Shown here piece by piece: positions 18,709 to 27,885 of a stretch of DNA of 64,000 nt. A program made the position numbers and the translations under genes. The number at the start of each line of letters is the position of its first letter. The stretch's first letter is position 1. The notes below the pieces were generated by a model that was not told the DNA's origin, searched no databases, and saw nothing but the letters and a program-made list of their open reading frames with translations. The DNA is taken from contig JAPOFX010000001.1 in assembly GCA_028283505.1 (NCBI GenBank), positions 8,197 through 72,196 on the forward strand, given 5' to 3'. The stretch is from Candidatus Poseidoniales archaeon. Its GTDB lineage: Archaea > Thermoplasmatota > Poseidoniia > Poseidoniales > Thalassarchaeaceae.

Positions 18709-21061
18709 GATTTTGCTTTCCCAAGCAGGTTCGCTACTTCTTTTCGTCGGCATAGCCTCATCTCTCATTCTCCTATCTAGTGTCGGGAGGCCGATTGGAG
18801 CATCCTCCAAGAATTTGGTATTATTTTCTCAGGCCCTGCCGTTCGTATTGTTGACTTATTGCTTCGTGACTGATGCAAGAAGTATAGAGTTGGTCTACAG
18901 ATTTGGTGGAGATGATTTACCTCTGTTCTACAGGGTCTCGGCAGTCTGGAGTAGTAGATCCGGGCCGCTTCTTTTGTGGGCCGCAATGATGGCAATAGTT
19001 ACTCGGTTGATGTCTAATAAGGAACATGTAGTTTCCGTTGAAGTAGCGATAATGCACGCTTGGACAGCATTTCTTCTGGTACTCTCTGCTATGCTTGGGC
19101 CATTCGAATCAACGATTTCTTCCACATCATCCGGGCTTAATCCTCTTCTACAAACAGACCTCATGGTGATACATCCGCCTGTCGTCTTCGCCTTCTACTC
19201 ACTTTGCATAGCCACGGCCAGCATTGCAATGGCCGGGATAATCAGGAAAGATACCTCAAAATCAATCCATGAGTCTCAGATCCTCTGGGCCCGAGCAGGT
19301 TTTGTAATCGGAACCATCGGTATTGGACTGGGTGGCCTTTGGGCCTACACCGTTCTTGATTGGGGTGGCTATTGGGCTTGGGACCCCGTAGAAACGGGCT
19401 CGCTACTGCCCTGGCTGTGCCTTTTGATGGTAGTCCATGCCAGATCGACACCCGGAGGGAATGCAATTCAAGCATCTCCAGCTGTGGCTCTAATGGCTGG
19501 AGCCCTTGCTTTTCATGCGACACTGGTGACTAGAGCAAACGGTGTCTGGGCTTCCGTCCATGCTTTCGTGGCTGATGGAGAGGGCGCAATGCCTCAGGAC
19601 CCATACTTGAGGGTATTAGAAGTGATAACGTTCGATGCTGTCGGCGCCGAGCTAACCGGATATCTTTTGGCTATTGTAATTCTATGTGTTTTCACTGTTG
19701 TACACTTATCAAGTAACCAAAAAAATGCTCTTCAGTCTACACTATCTGACTCTTTTCTCGCCAGAAGGAGGAACCTCGGACTCTTTCTAATCGCAAGCTT
19801 CATCTCAGTTTCTGTGTGGATTGGTTCCACAGCAGTGATTTTTGTCGGACTTTCAATTTTGTATCTGCTGTTAAATGGCAGTCACGATGATCCGCCCCTT
19901 CAGTGGGTGTTCTCGGGAATCGCACTGATGTTATTCTCCAGTTGGACTTGGAGTGCAGAATGGTATCAGTCATTACTTGGCATGGTCCCATTTTTGATTC
20001 CTTGGTTGATTTGCGAGAAAGAAGATGACTGGTCATACATAACCGGAGTCTTCACAGATGCATCTGTGAGACTGAGGTCATCTAAATCTGTCCCATGGTA
20101 TGGGGGTGCGGGTTTTGTCTTGCTTACCTGGATGATTTTGACTGTGGAGATTGATGGTACCAGTCTGCAAGCGCATGAATTCTATGGCTCGCCCTTCATC
20201 GCCCTTCTGGCGATCGGTCTCGCCTCATATTCATGGGGTCGGAAGATTAGCCCTAGAGCAGGAAGTATGATGATTATCGCCGCAATGGCAATATCCCTGA
20301 TCACTTCAACTTCAAGTGACTTCATCGGGCTACCCGGTGATTCAAGACTTCCTATTTCTTCTTCGGTATCAAGGGGCGCACTGTCGGCCTTTCTCTTGAC
20401 TCTACTTTTTTTCTCACTACCTTTCAATGTCAGAAATTTGGCATCCACAACTAAAGTGAATGCGAAAAAACTGATTTCAGGAGGATTAGGGGGAAAAAAC
20501 TCTGCAAGAACTAGTACTTTAGCCAGTCATATTTCTCATGTCGGAATCATTCTTCTCTTGATTGGCCATGTTTTCACGACAACTCTTGTAGATCGGTCAG
20601 ATCCGTCTCATCTCGTAACTCTGGAGAAGAATCAACCAGTACAGTATGGAAATTACGAGTACATCCTGATTGATACGGTAGTGGTCGCCCAGGGAGATGA
20701 GGACTTTGATTTCCAAGTAGGCGATGGTTTTTTGGGGGTGATTGTCGAGATGAGGAAAGACGGGGAATTAGTAGATACTCTGACTCCCGGAATTCTCAGA
20801 TTTGGCCCCGTCCCCAGATCCGAAGTTGACAGGCATGTGGGATTGTTCGGAGACACTATCATGATAATGGACAGCTTCCAAGTTCAGGATCTAATGCCGG
20901 CATTATTCTTCAACCAGACTGATGGCCTAGACAGGGTAAGGGTAACGATTCACGAACTCCAAGGAAGCCATCTAGTATGGATGGGTTGGGTGTTGACAAT
21001 AGCTGGAGGAATCCTCGCAGTAGGGGCATCCAAAAATGTCGAGAATGAGGAGGAAGAGTGA
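18674..21061 (+). CDS. ccmF: Cytochrome c-type biogenesis protein CcmF (System I haem lyase family)
   Basis: It contains the WWD motif LDWGGYWAWDPVETGSLLPW and the N-terminal block YRVSAVWSSRSGPLLLWAAMM (cf. E. coli CcmF YRLSAVWGAHEGSLLLW). It is a polytopic membrane protein. The start is uncertain (the track uses TTG at 18674, overlapping the upstream gene). Confidence 0.75.
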   Translation: MVTAERSTTVGEILLSQAGSLLLFVGIASSLILLSSVGRPIGASSKNLVLFSQALPFVLLTYCFVTDARSIELVYRFGGDDLPLFYRVSAVWSSRSGPLLLWAAMMAIVTRLMSNKEHVVSVEVAIMHAWTAFLLVLSAMLGPFESTISSTSSGLNPLLQTDLMVIHPPVVFAFYSLCIATASIAMAGIIRKDTSKSIHESQILWARAGFVIGTIGIGLGGLWAYTVLDWGGYWAWDPVETGSLLPWLCLLMVVHARSTPGGNAIQASPAVALMAGALAFHATLVTRANGVWASVHAFVADGEGAMPQDPYLRVLEVITFDAVGAELTGYLLAIVILCVFTVVHLSSNQKNALQSTLSDSFLARRRNLGLFLIASFISVSVWIGSTAVIFVGLSILYLLLNGSHDDPPLQWVFSGIALMLFSSWTWSAEWYQSLLGMVPFLIPWLICEKEDDWSYITGVFTDASVRLRSSKSVPWYGGAGFVLLTWMILTVEIDGTSLQAHEFYGSPFIALLAIGLASYSWGRKISPRAGSMMIIAAMAISLITSTSSDFIGLPGDSRLPISSSVSRGALSAFLLTLLFFSLPFNVRNLASTTKVNAKKLISGGLGGKNSARTSTLASHISHVGIILLLIGHVFTTTLVDRSDPSHLVTLEKNQPVQYGNYEYILIDTVVVAQGDEDFDFQVGDGFLGVIVEMRKDGELVDTLTPGILRFGPVPRSEVDRHVGLFGDTIMIMDSFQVQDLMPALFFNQTDGLDRVRVTIHELQGSHLVWMGWVLTIAGGILAVGASKNVENEEEE

Positions 21062-21136
21062 ATCCTCTCAGATTACCCGCACCGTTTGAATGAAAAAGGG
21101 GAAGCGAGTCGGCCGGACGCCAAGGAGGCGACAAAC

Positions 21137-21829
21137 ATGGACAACGGTGCGATTGTACACATTGACTACGACCTATTCGAGGTCGATTCGGACAGACTCA
21201 TAGAGACCACAAGGGAAGATGTCGCCAAAGAGCATGATATCTTCGACGAGAACAGGGAATACACGCCAATGATCACTGTAGTCGGAGATGGCAGGTTGAT
21301 CACCGGCTTCGAAGCATCACTATCTCAGGCAGAATCAGGTAAGGACTACGAAATTGACATCGAGCCTTCAGAAGCATATGGGGAGAGAGACGCAAGCCTC
21401 GTAGAAACAATCGGACAGAATGTTTTGATGAGGAGTGTCAGAGATCCAAACATGCTAGCCATTGGTGCTCCCGTGGAGATTGGGGGGAGGACAGGCGTCC
21501 TTCAATTCCTAAGTGCGGGAAGGGCACGAATCGACTATAACCACCCTCTGGCTGGCTCAACGTTGAGGTATAACTACAATATTGTCAAGGTAGTCGATGA
21601 CAGGAAAGAGAAGGTCGAGACACTTCTCAAAATGAACACCGGAAGAGATGACTTCGAGATAGAGTTCAAGAAGGATGATTTGACAGTAACCCTACCTGAC
21701 ACCATTGCATATGATCAGAACTGGTCCTATGCAAAATTTAGCCTTGTTAGAACACTTAGAGACCACATTGGTGTAGGAACAATAGTATTCCGAGAGGTTC
21801 ACGAGCCAAGAGTGACGGAAGAAGAGTGA
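21137..21829 (+). CDS. FKBP-type peptidyl-prolyl cis-trans isomerase (archaeal long-type, SlyD-like with C-terminal domain)
   Basis: MDNGAIVHIDYDLFEVDSD...EYTPMITVVGDGRLITGFEASL...YEIDIEPSEAYGERD is typical of archaeal FKBP. I chose the ATG at 21137, preceded by AGGAGG; the track start is 21086. Confidence 0.75.
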   Translation: MDNGAIVHIDYDLFEVDSDRLIETTREDVAKEHDIFDENREYTPMITVVGDGRLITGFEASLSQAESGKDYEIDIEPSEAYGERDASLVETIGQNVLMRSVRDPNMLAIGAPVEIGGRTGVLQFLSAGRARIDYNHPLAGSTLRYNYNIVKVVDDRKEKVETLLKMNTGRDDFEIEFKKDDLTVTLPDTIAYDQNWSYAKFSLVRTLRDHIGVGTIVFREVHEPRVTEEE

Positions 21830-21831
21830 GC

Positions 21832-22680
21832 TCAGAAGTTTCTCATTATCACTGGAACTACGGGTTGTGGTAGATGCCTGAGCAACCTTGCCAGTGTGGA
21901 CCCAGGTCCATGGATGACTTGTGCCTTCCTTCTTCTCATGCCTTTGTACCCGATCCTCGCTACCTTACTGGCTCTTGCACCTCCTCCTCTACGGAAGTAG
22001 CTCTTCATCAGGGATTTTCCGTTGAAATCATCTATCCCCGAGGTGGTTGAGAAATTTGTTCTGGTCGCACTGGGACACAAACACGTCACATTGACATTAT
22101 ATGGTCTCAATTCTGCCCTAAGAGAAGCAGAGAACGAGTTAACATAGGCTTTGGTTGCTCCGTAAGATGCGAACCTCATCGTCGGAAACATACCCGTCGT
22201 CGATCCAACATTTAGGATATTCCCACTCCTATTCTTAATCATGGCTCTGGAAAATACCATGCATAACTCAGTTAGGAGCCTGACATTCAAATTAATCATA
22301 GACCTTACTCTTACCTGGTCACACTCAACACATTCAGAGTAAATTGCAAATCCAGCATTATTTACCAGAGTATCAACACTCCAACGATTTTCCTGGCACC
22401 AATTCTCAACCAACTCACAGGCATTTTCCTTGGAAAGGTCAATTTTCAGTGTGTACAACACACCTGAATATTCTGAAAATTCCTCCTTCAGAGCATTTAG
22501 CTCTTCATCAATCAGGCTTACCGCTAAAACATTGGCCCCATCCTGTAAGAACAGTTTTACGAACTCCTTTCCGATTCCTGAACCAGCTCCAGTGACAATC
22601 ACGTGTTCCAGAGCTTTATCATGTTTCAATTCAAGGGCGTTGTCAGATTTCTTGGGAGGCATGTAGTAATTGTACCACAT
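21832..22680 (-). CDS. Short-chain dehydrogenase/reductase (SDR) family oxidoreductase
   Basis: 282 aa with a TGAGSGIG cofactor-binding motif and a catalytic YxxxK region (YGATKAY). Confidence 0.8.
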   Translation of the reverse strand: MWYNYYMPPKKSDNALELKHDKALEHVIVTGAGSGIGKEFVKLFLQDGANVLAVSLIDEELNALKEEFSEYSGVLYTLKIDLSKENACELVENWCQENRWSVDTLVNNAGFAIYSECVECDQVRVRSMINLNVRLLTELCMVFSRAMIKNRSGNILNVGSTTGMFPTMRFASYGATKAYVNSFSASLRAELRPYNVNVTCLCPSATRTNFSTTSGIDDFNGKSLMKSYFRRGGGARASKVARIGYKGMRRRKAQVIHGPGSTLARLLRHLPQPVVPVIMRNF

Positions 22681-22872
22681 TCACCGCAAAAGATTACCTG
22701 TTATCTAGATCATTGATACTCAAACTGTAACATTCATGTCCTCCAGCTCTTTCCTATGCCTGCCTCAATGACGACGAAGGTGGACTGAGCCACGGCACTG
22801 ACGTTCCCTATGAGTACCGAGAGGCACCCAAGTCACACGCGCATTCAAGTCATGTGCCTCACTCGGAGGATT

Positions 22873-23538
22873 ATGCACAGGACTGCAACGTCCATAATTC
22901 TCGTCTCCCTTATGCTTGTGAGCATGGCATCCAGTGGATGTATGGGTCTCGCTGTGCAGAGGGAGGTCATGGAAGGAATGAGAGAGGATCCACGGGAGGA
23001 TATTGTCCCAGTGGAGCCACTTGTACAAGCACACATTTTCTCACAGAACGAATGTGTACTTCCAGGGTCTGAAGACTCGAACCAAGAAACGGACTGCTAT
23101 TCGAACCAGAGCAGGATATTTGTGGACGAGACCGTGTCGAAGATGTTATTGGACTTCTCAGTCTCTTTCGAATGGTCCGCCACTCTTGGAGAACTCCTTG
23201 GGAACAATACGGATGAGCTGAGATTCGTTGAAATCAAGCTATTGAAACCGAATGGAGATTTGTGTTGGGACTATCTCGCCACGAGCTCAGTGGGCCAGAT
23301 GTCACTGGAACTAAGGAGCGAGAGTGACTGTACAATATCCATTGGCAACTCCTCTGGATTTAGTGATGGGGAATGGTTGTTAGATGTCAGGGCCAGAGGA
23401 TATGCTATATCAGCCCCCATAGACACACTCTCGTTTGAGGATGAGTTTAGAGTGTCACTTTGGGTGACAAAAAAATGTGTAGTTTTTCCCGAAATTCACG
23501 ACGAGGGCGAGTGTACGTTCAGCTCCGACCTGGAATAA
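22873..23538 (+). CDS. Secreted/lipoprotein-like hypothetical protein
   Basis: A signal peptide MHRTATSIILVSLMLVSMASSGC with a lipobox-like SSGC is followed by a Cys-containing extracellular domain. Start chosen at the internal ATG 22873. Confidence 0.4.
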   Translation: MHRTATSIILVSLMLVSMASSGCMGLAVQREVMEGMREDPREDIVPVEPLVQAHIFSQNECVLPGSEDSNQETDCYSNQSRIFVDETVSKMLLDFSVSFEWSATLGELLGNNTDELRFVEIKLLKPNGDLCWDYLATSSVGQMSLELRSESDCTISIGNSSGFSDGEWLLDVRARGYAISAPIDTLSFEDEFRVSLWVTKKCVVFPEIHDEGECTFSSDLE

Positions 23539-23576
23539 TCGCCTGAGTTTGGAGGCATCCATATGGCGTAGCGCTT

Positions 23577-24230
23577 ATGAGTGGCCGGCAGTTCGGCCAA
23601 CCCCGAGGAATCGCTTTGGATGAGAGCCTAACCCCACTTGTACCGCTTGACACGTATGAGCTACACGCTGTTCATATAGGCACTAACCAGAAGTCTTCGG
23701 ACATGAAGGGATTCTTAGATAAATTCAGGCAAGACGGTAGTGGATTGCACCACATCGACATTAGGCAGACTGATTCTAGGATTCGAACAGTAGCCAAGTT
23801 TCTGGCCAACTATGATCCTAGCAGAATCTTGGTTGTCAGCGCTCGTCAGTACGGACAGAGGCCGGCTAGAATGTTTGCCGAGGCAATCGGAGCGAAGAAG
23901 ATAGTCGGTAGGTTCATTCCCGGGACTCTCACAAATCCCAGACTGAGGACGTACATCGAACCAGAAGTCATAGTTGTAACAGACCCAGCGGCAGACTCGC
24001 AAGCCCTTTCAGAAGCAGTTAGCTCTGGTCTGCCTGTGGTGGGGATTTGCGATGCGAATAATAGACTCAGGAATGTGGATCTAGTACTACCAGCTAACAA
24101 CAAGGGAAGAAGGTCATTGGCACTGATCTATTGGCTATTAGCGCGTGAGACTCTTAAGATTAGAAGTGGAATTTCAGATGTTGACTGGGAGAGGTCTCAG
24201 GATGTTGACGATTGGGAGTCCTCTTTCTAG
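23577..24230 (+). CDS. rps2: 30S ribosomal protein S2 (archaeal Sa type)
   Basis: 217 aa. [18 protein letters not shown]...[38 protein letters not shown] is characteristic of archaeal S2. Confidence 0.85.
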   Translation: MSGRQFGQPRGIALDESLTPLVPLDTYELHAVHIGTNQKSSDMKGFLDKFRQDGSGLHHIDIRQTDSRIRTVAKFLANYDPSRILVVSARQYGQRPARMFAEAIGAKKIVGRFIPGTLTNPRLRTYIEPEVIVVTDPAADSQALSEAVSSGLPVVGICDANNRLRNVDLVLPANNKGRRSLALIYWLLARETLKIRSGISDVDWERSQDVDDWESSF

Positions 24231-24285
24231 GCCCGGACGTTTATTTCTTAGTGCATCTGATAACTAAGTGGCTTTTCGCATTGTC

Positions 24286-25284
24286 ATGAGCTTCGAACCT
24301 GTACCAATCTTTCTGGCGCCCATGGCCGGCGTGACGGACTTGGCATACAGGCTATTAGCCAAGGAATGTGGAGCTGACTTTACAGTTACTGAGTTCACCG
24401 CCGCCTCTGGTCTTACACGTAGAAACACTAACTCATGGCTAAAAGTCGAGACGGATCCACGTGAGAAGCCGTTTATACCACAAATTTTCGGAGGAGATAT
24501 CTCTGAAATGGCTAAAACTGTAGAGATGCTCGAAGACAGATCAGACATTATTGACATAAATTTTGGCTGTCCAGCACCCAAGGTATGTAGAAATGATGCA
24601 GGCGCAGCCCTGTTACGAGACCCAGATAAAGTGGTCAAAATGGTCAGAAAGTGCATCAATTCTACAGATGTCCCCATCTCAGTGAAAATGAGATTAGGAA
24701 CTGGCTCTGGACCGAATACCGCTCTTGAGATCTCCAAGAGATTAGCCGATGAAGGTGTGTTGAGGATATGTGTTCATGGTAGGACCTTGAGACAGAGATA
24801 CTCAGGGATAGCAGATTGGGATCAGATTAAGGAGATTTCAGACTCGGTGGATATCCCAGTAATAGCAAATGGCGATGTAGTAGACACAAAATCAGCGAAG
24901 CTTTGCTTGGAGGCAACTCATGCAGGAGGGCTGATGATTGGAAGAGGTGCGATCGGCAGACCTACTATTTTCCATGAGATAAAAAAGGGAATGGGTTGGT
25001 ATGATAAAACAGCTCCATGGGGAGAAGGAGGCCCCTCAAGAGCGAGGAGTTGGTGTTGGGACAGGTACCTGGAACTGTCTCAAGAAGTGTACGGCAAATC
25101 TGGAAGCAAGAACCTCAAGAGACATGCTGTATCGTTTACTAAAGGGTTGGAAGGGGCTTCCTCAATGAGGGTCAGACTCCACTCTATACAGGATAAGTCC
25201 CAGCTCGGGACAGAAGTTAGCGAATATCTGCATGGTTTATGTGAGATTGAAAATCAGGTTGAGATTGCCTCATCGAGCCTCTGA
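24286..25284 (+). CDS. dus: tRNA-dihydrouridine synthase (Dus family)
   Basis: MSFEPVPIFLAPMAGVTDLAYRLL... plus a TIM-barrel Dus pattern (INFGCPAPKV, catalytic Cys region). ATG 24286 chosen; the track start is GTG 24268. Confidence 0.8.
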   Translation: MSFEPVPIFLAPMAGVTDLAYRLLAKECGADFTVTEFTAASGLTRRNTNSWLKVETDPREKPFIPQIFGGDISEMAKTVEMLEDRSDIIDINFGCPAPKVCRNDAGAALLRDPDKVVKMVRKCINSTDVPISVKMRLGTGSGPNTALEISKRLADEGVLRICVHGRTLRQRYSGIADWDQIKEISDSVDIPVIANGDVVDTKSAKLCLEATHAGGLMIGRGAIGRPTIFHEIKKGMGWYDKTAPWGEGGPSRARSWCWDRYLELSQEVYGKSGSKNLKRHAVSFTKGLEGASSMRVRLHSIQDKSQLGTEVSEYLHGLCEIENQVEIASSSL

Positions 25285-26372
25285 GCCACAGTATTTAGCC
25301 TTCTTAGAGTTCTCTCCGCGTTTCGTTGAACATTTTCGGAGACCTCACCCCCATCTCGACCCGAGATTCTGAACCCATAGGGCATTCTCCCCCCAAGTGT
25401 ATTCAGCAGTAACTTCTGAGATTCTAGCTCAATTCCCTCTAGCAAGGATTGTACTCTATCTATACTTAGCGAGCCTTTCTTCGCCCCGGAGACAAGCTTC
25501 TTTGAAATATCTTCATCGATTCTACCTAATCCCCCCCTCGTCATCAGCCATTCCTCCCCTCTAGCATCAAATTGCCTCATGAGACCAACAAAAATATCTT
25601 GTGCGATTCTATCCATCATTGGTACTCTCTCGACAATCCCAGATGCTCTCATCTTCTCAACGGAACGGCTTACTCTGGATCTACTCTCCCCCATCCTTTC
25701 CGAAAGAGCAAGTATCGTAATTGGGACACTACTCTCACATAGAATACTCATTACTCCGCTCGCTAGGCCATCCCCCTCCCTCGCCCTCTCTCCCGAAAGT
25801 CCGAGATCTTCCACCAAAATGGCCATATTTGACTTCTCTGGATTAACTGGCCCAGGTTCAGAAATTGATATCTTGAACTTAACCTCATCATTCTGACTTC
25901 CAACGTTCATCCTTTCGTCCGACTCTGAGATTTTTTCAGATAATTCTCTCATTCTAATTTTCAGGACTGTTTGCGCCTCATTTGAAACCAATTCTACAGC
26001 TGAGGATATGCTCCCACCTCTCAAAACATGGACATGCCATCTTCCATCGGTGTGCGCTGATATCAAACCACTTTCTCTTAGTTTAACCAATTGATGATGC
26101 ACACCAGTTTGTGAGATTCCTGTGATTTCGCAAAGAGATTTTGCATCCCACCCCCTCAATGGCTCCATTAGGAACGCCTGACTGATGATTCTATGCAAGG
26201 CTCCTTGACCCTCGTCAATCGTCCCGCCCTCAACCCTCCTCCTGACTAGTCCCATCGAATCCAGGAGCCAAGCCAATAGAACATCGGGGTCTCTACTACC
26301 TGTTGGCATAGGAAGCTCGACCAATCGCAGTCTGAACACAGGACCACCCAGATATTGGGGGGTTCTATACAA
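25254..26372 (-). CDS. Transcriptional regulator with two winged-helix (ArsR/TrmB-like) domains
   Basis: 372 aa. Its wHTH segments are SLCEITGISQTGVHHQLVKLRESGLI and LALSERMGESRSRVSRSVEKMRASGIV. Confidence 0.5.
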   Translation of the reverse strand: MYRTPQYLGGPVFRLRLVELPMPTGSRDPDVLLAWLLDSMGLVRRRVEGGTIDEGQGALHRIISQAFLMEPLRGWDAKSLCEITGISQTGVHHQLVKLRESGLISAHTDGRWHVHVLRGGSISSAVELVSNEAQTVLKIRMRELSEKISESDERMNVGSQNDEVKFKISISEPGPVNPEKSNMAILVEDLGLSGERAREGDGLASGVMSILCESSVPITILALSERMGESRSRVSRSVEKMRASGIVERVPMMDRIAQDIFVGLMRQFDARGEEWLMTRGGLGRIDEDISKKLVSGAKKGSLSIDRVQSLLEGIELESQKLLLNTLGGRMPYGFRISGRDGGEVSENVQRNAERTLRRLNTVAQRLDEAIST

Positions 26373-26420
26373 TTCCGAGTATCAATAGCCACAGACTCCC
26401 ATTACAGGATGTAATTTTAT

Positions 26421-27074
26421 TCACGAACACTCGATCCTAATATCCAGCCATGGGTAGTCCACATTAGTTCTACTGAGGCCGTTGAGATGGGGGGCCAATT
26501 CGAGACCACTCTGACTTAGGATTCCTCTTTCCCTCAAGACTGAGATTGCAGAGTGGACGGAAGCCCTTGATCTTCCTAGGTCCCTAGCCAGTTGAGCTTG
26601 GGACTCGGGTCTATTTTCCTCGGCCAGCCTGGCAACGACCACCTTCTGTACCTCAGAAAGTCCTACGGGCATCATTGCCGCGGCTCTAGCGTGGTCTGTT
26701 ACCCCCGTCCCCTCTAGTATCTCAACTTGGGCAGGGGCTCCAAAATAGTAGCAGGTTCTTCCATTTACGGGAACAATGGTCACAACCCCCTCCTTTGTCA
26801 GGATGTCAAGATGATGTCTGAGAGTGCCATTTGCTGCGTCTAATCTTCTTTGTAGCTCCCTAAAGTGAATTCCCGGAGACTTCTCGAGAGCATCGACAAT
26901 TCTCACCCTCAATGGGTGCTCCCAATCGTTTTCTCTGTGTGCGATCATGGTTCCTTGCGCGACTGGAAAAAGTAGGTGAAACCATCCCCCGATTCCTAGG
27001 ACAGCTCCAGCAGCCGCGCCAATGGAATCCACGTACCATGGACGATAAATCCTCCACTGGTCAACTAGGGCCAT
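26421..27074 (-). CDS. Membrane-anchored transcriptional regulator (N-terminal TM helix plus two wHTH domains)
   Basis: 217 aa. A hydrophobic segment AAGAVLGIGGWFHLLFPVA is followed by IHFRELQRRLDAANGTLRHHLDILTKEGVV and QAQLARDLGRSRASVHSAISVLRERGIL wHTH units. Confidence 0.5.
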   Translation of the reverse strand: MALVDQWRIYRPWYVDSIGAAAGAVLGIGGWFHLLFPVAQGTMIAHRENDWEHPLRVRIVDALEKSPGIHFRELQRRLDAANGTLRHHLDILTKEGVVTIVPVNGRTCYYFGAPAQVEILEGTGVTDHARAAAMMPVGLSEVQKVVVARLAEENRPESQAQLARDLGRSRASVHSAISVLRERGILSQSGLELAPHLNGLSRTNVDYPWLDIRIECS

Positions 27075-27144
27075 AATTGGTTTGGTCAGCGTAGAGGGTT
27101 TTAATCATGCGTTCTGATGCTCATACAATATCACGATCAAGGAC

Positions 27145-27600
27145 CTAAGCAGGACCATCGATCTTTCCATTGTAAATTTTCATGTAACCCACAAATGGAG
27201 AAAGTAGTGCACCAGCCCTTCTTCCATGCACTGTAAGACTGTACTTCACCCTAACGGGAGGCCCATCCTCCACTATCCTCTCGACAAGGCCGTTCTCGAC
27301 ACATGTGGTAAGTTTGTCAGAAAGGGTACGACTACTTATTCCTCTGAGTAGTCCCCTCATCTCATTGAATCTACGATCGCCGGCAATGTATAGAGTTGCA
27401 AGAATCTCAGTTGTCCATCTCGAACTGAGAACAGAAAATGCGTCCACAGCAGAATCTACTTCCCAACCAACGTCATATTCCTCGTCATTGTATCTTGAAA
27501 ACAGGGTACGTATTTCCTTACCCAAACCCATTACTTCATCCACAGACTTCTCTACTCTTCGAAGATCTCTCTTGGATATTCTGAGTGGTCCGCTAGCCAT
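27145..27600 (-). CDS. HxlR-type winged-helix transcriptional regulator
   Basis: LRGISSRTLSDKLTTCVENGLVERIVEDGPPVRVKYSLTVHGR matches the HxlR/DUF24 family. Start taken at MASGPL (ATG 27600); the track start is 27657. Confidence 0.6.
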   Translation of the reverse strand: MASGPLRISKRDLRRVEKSVDEVMGLGKEIRTLFSRYNDEEYDVGWEVDSAVDAFSVLSSRWTTEILATLYIAGDRRFNEMRGLLRGISSRTLSDKLTTCVENGLVERIVEDGPPVRVKYSLTVHGRRAGALLSPFVGYMKIYNGKIDGPA

Positions 27601-27729
27601 GATTATCAAGTAGTCCACAAGGTATCTAGTGTATAAAATGCATCTACGTGTAATCACGAAAACTTATTCACTCAAATATAAGAATCGTGTGATATAGTGT
27701 GAAATCTACACTAGTAGGAGGAAATGAAA

Positions 27730-27885
27730 ATGGACAGATTTTTAGAAACATGGATAAATGAGACAATAGGAAAGGAAGAAGTTGGTGGTAAATATGGGAA
27801 AATCAGTTTGAGGGCGATCCTCTACGCGGCAATCGCGAACTACAGGGCTCCTGCATGGGTACAGTCTCCACTCAGGGGACTTTAG
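27730..27885 (+). CDS. Possible small protein (51 aa), hypothetical
   Basis: The ORF MDRFLETWINETIGKEEVGGKYGKISLRAILYAAIANYRAPAWVQSPLRGL is preceded by GGAGG 8 nt upstream. It overlaps the 3' end of the convergent beta-oxidation gene by 4 nt. There is no homology evidence. Confidence 0.2.
   Translation: MDRFLETWINETIGKEEVGGKYGKISLRAILYAAIANYRAPAWVQSPLRGL

Noticed and set aside
18777-19523. Minus-strand ORFs (18777-18995, 18928-19164, 19242-19523) and others inside ccmF
   Set aside because: They lie antisense within a gene that has strong, specific CcmF motifs. They have no motifs of their own.
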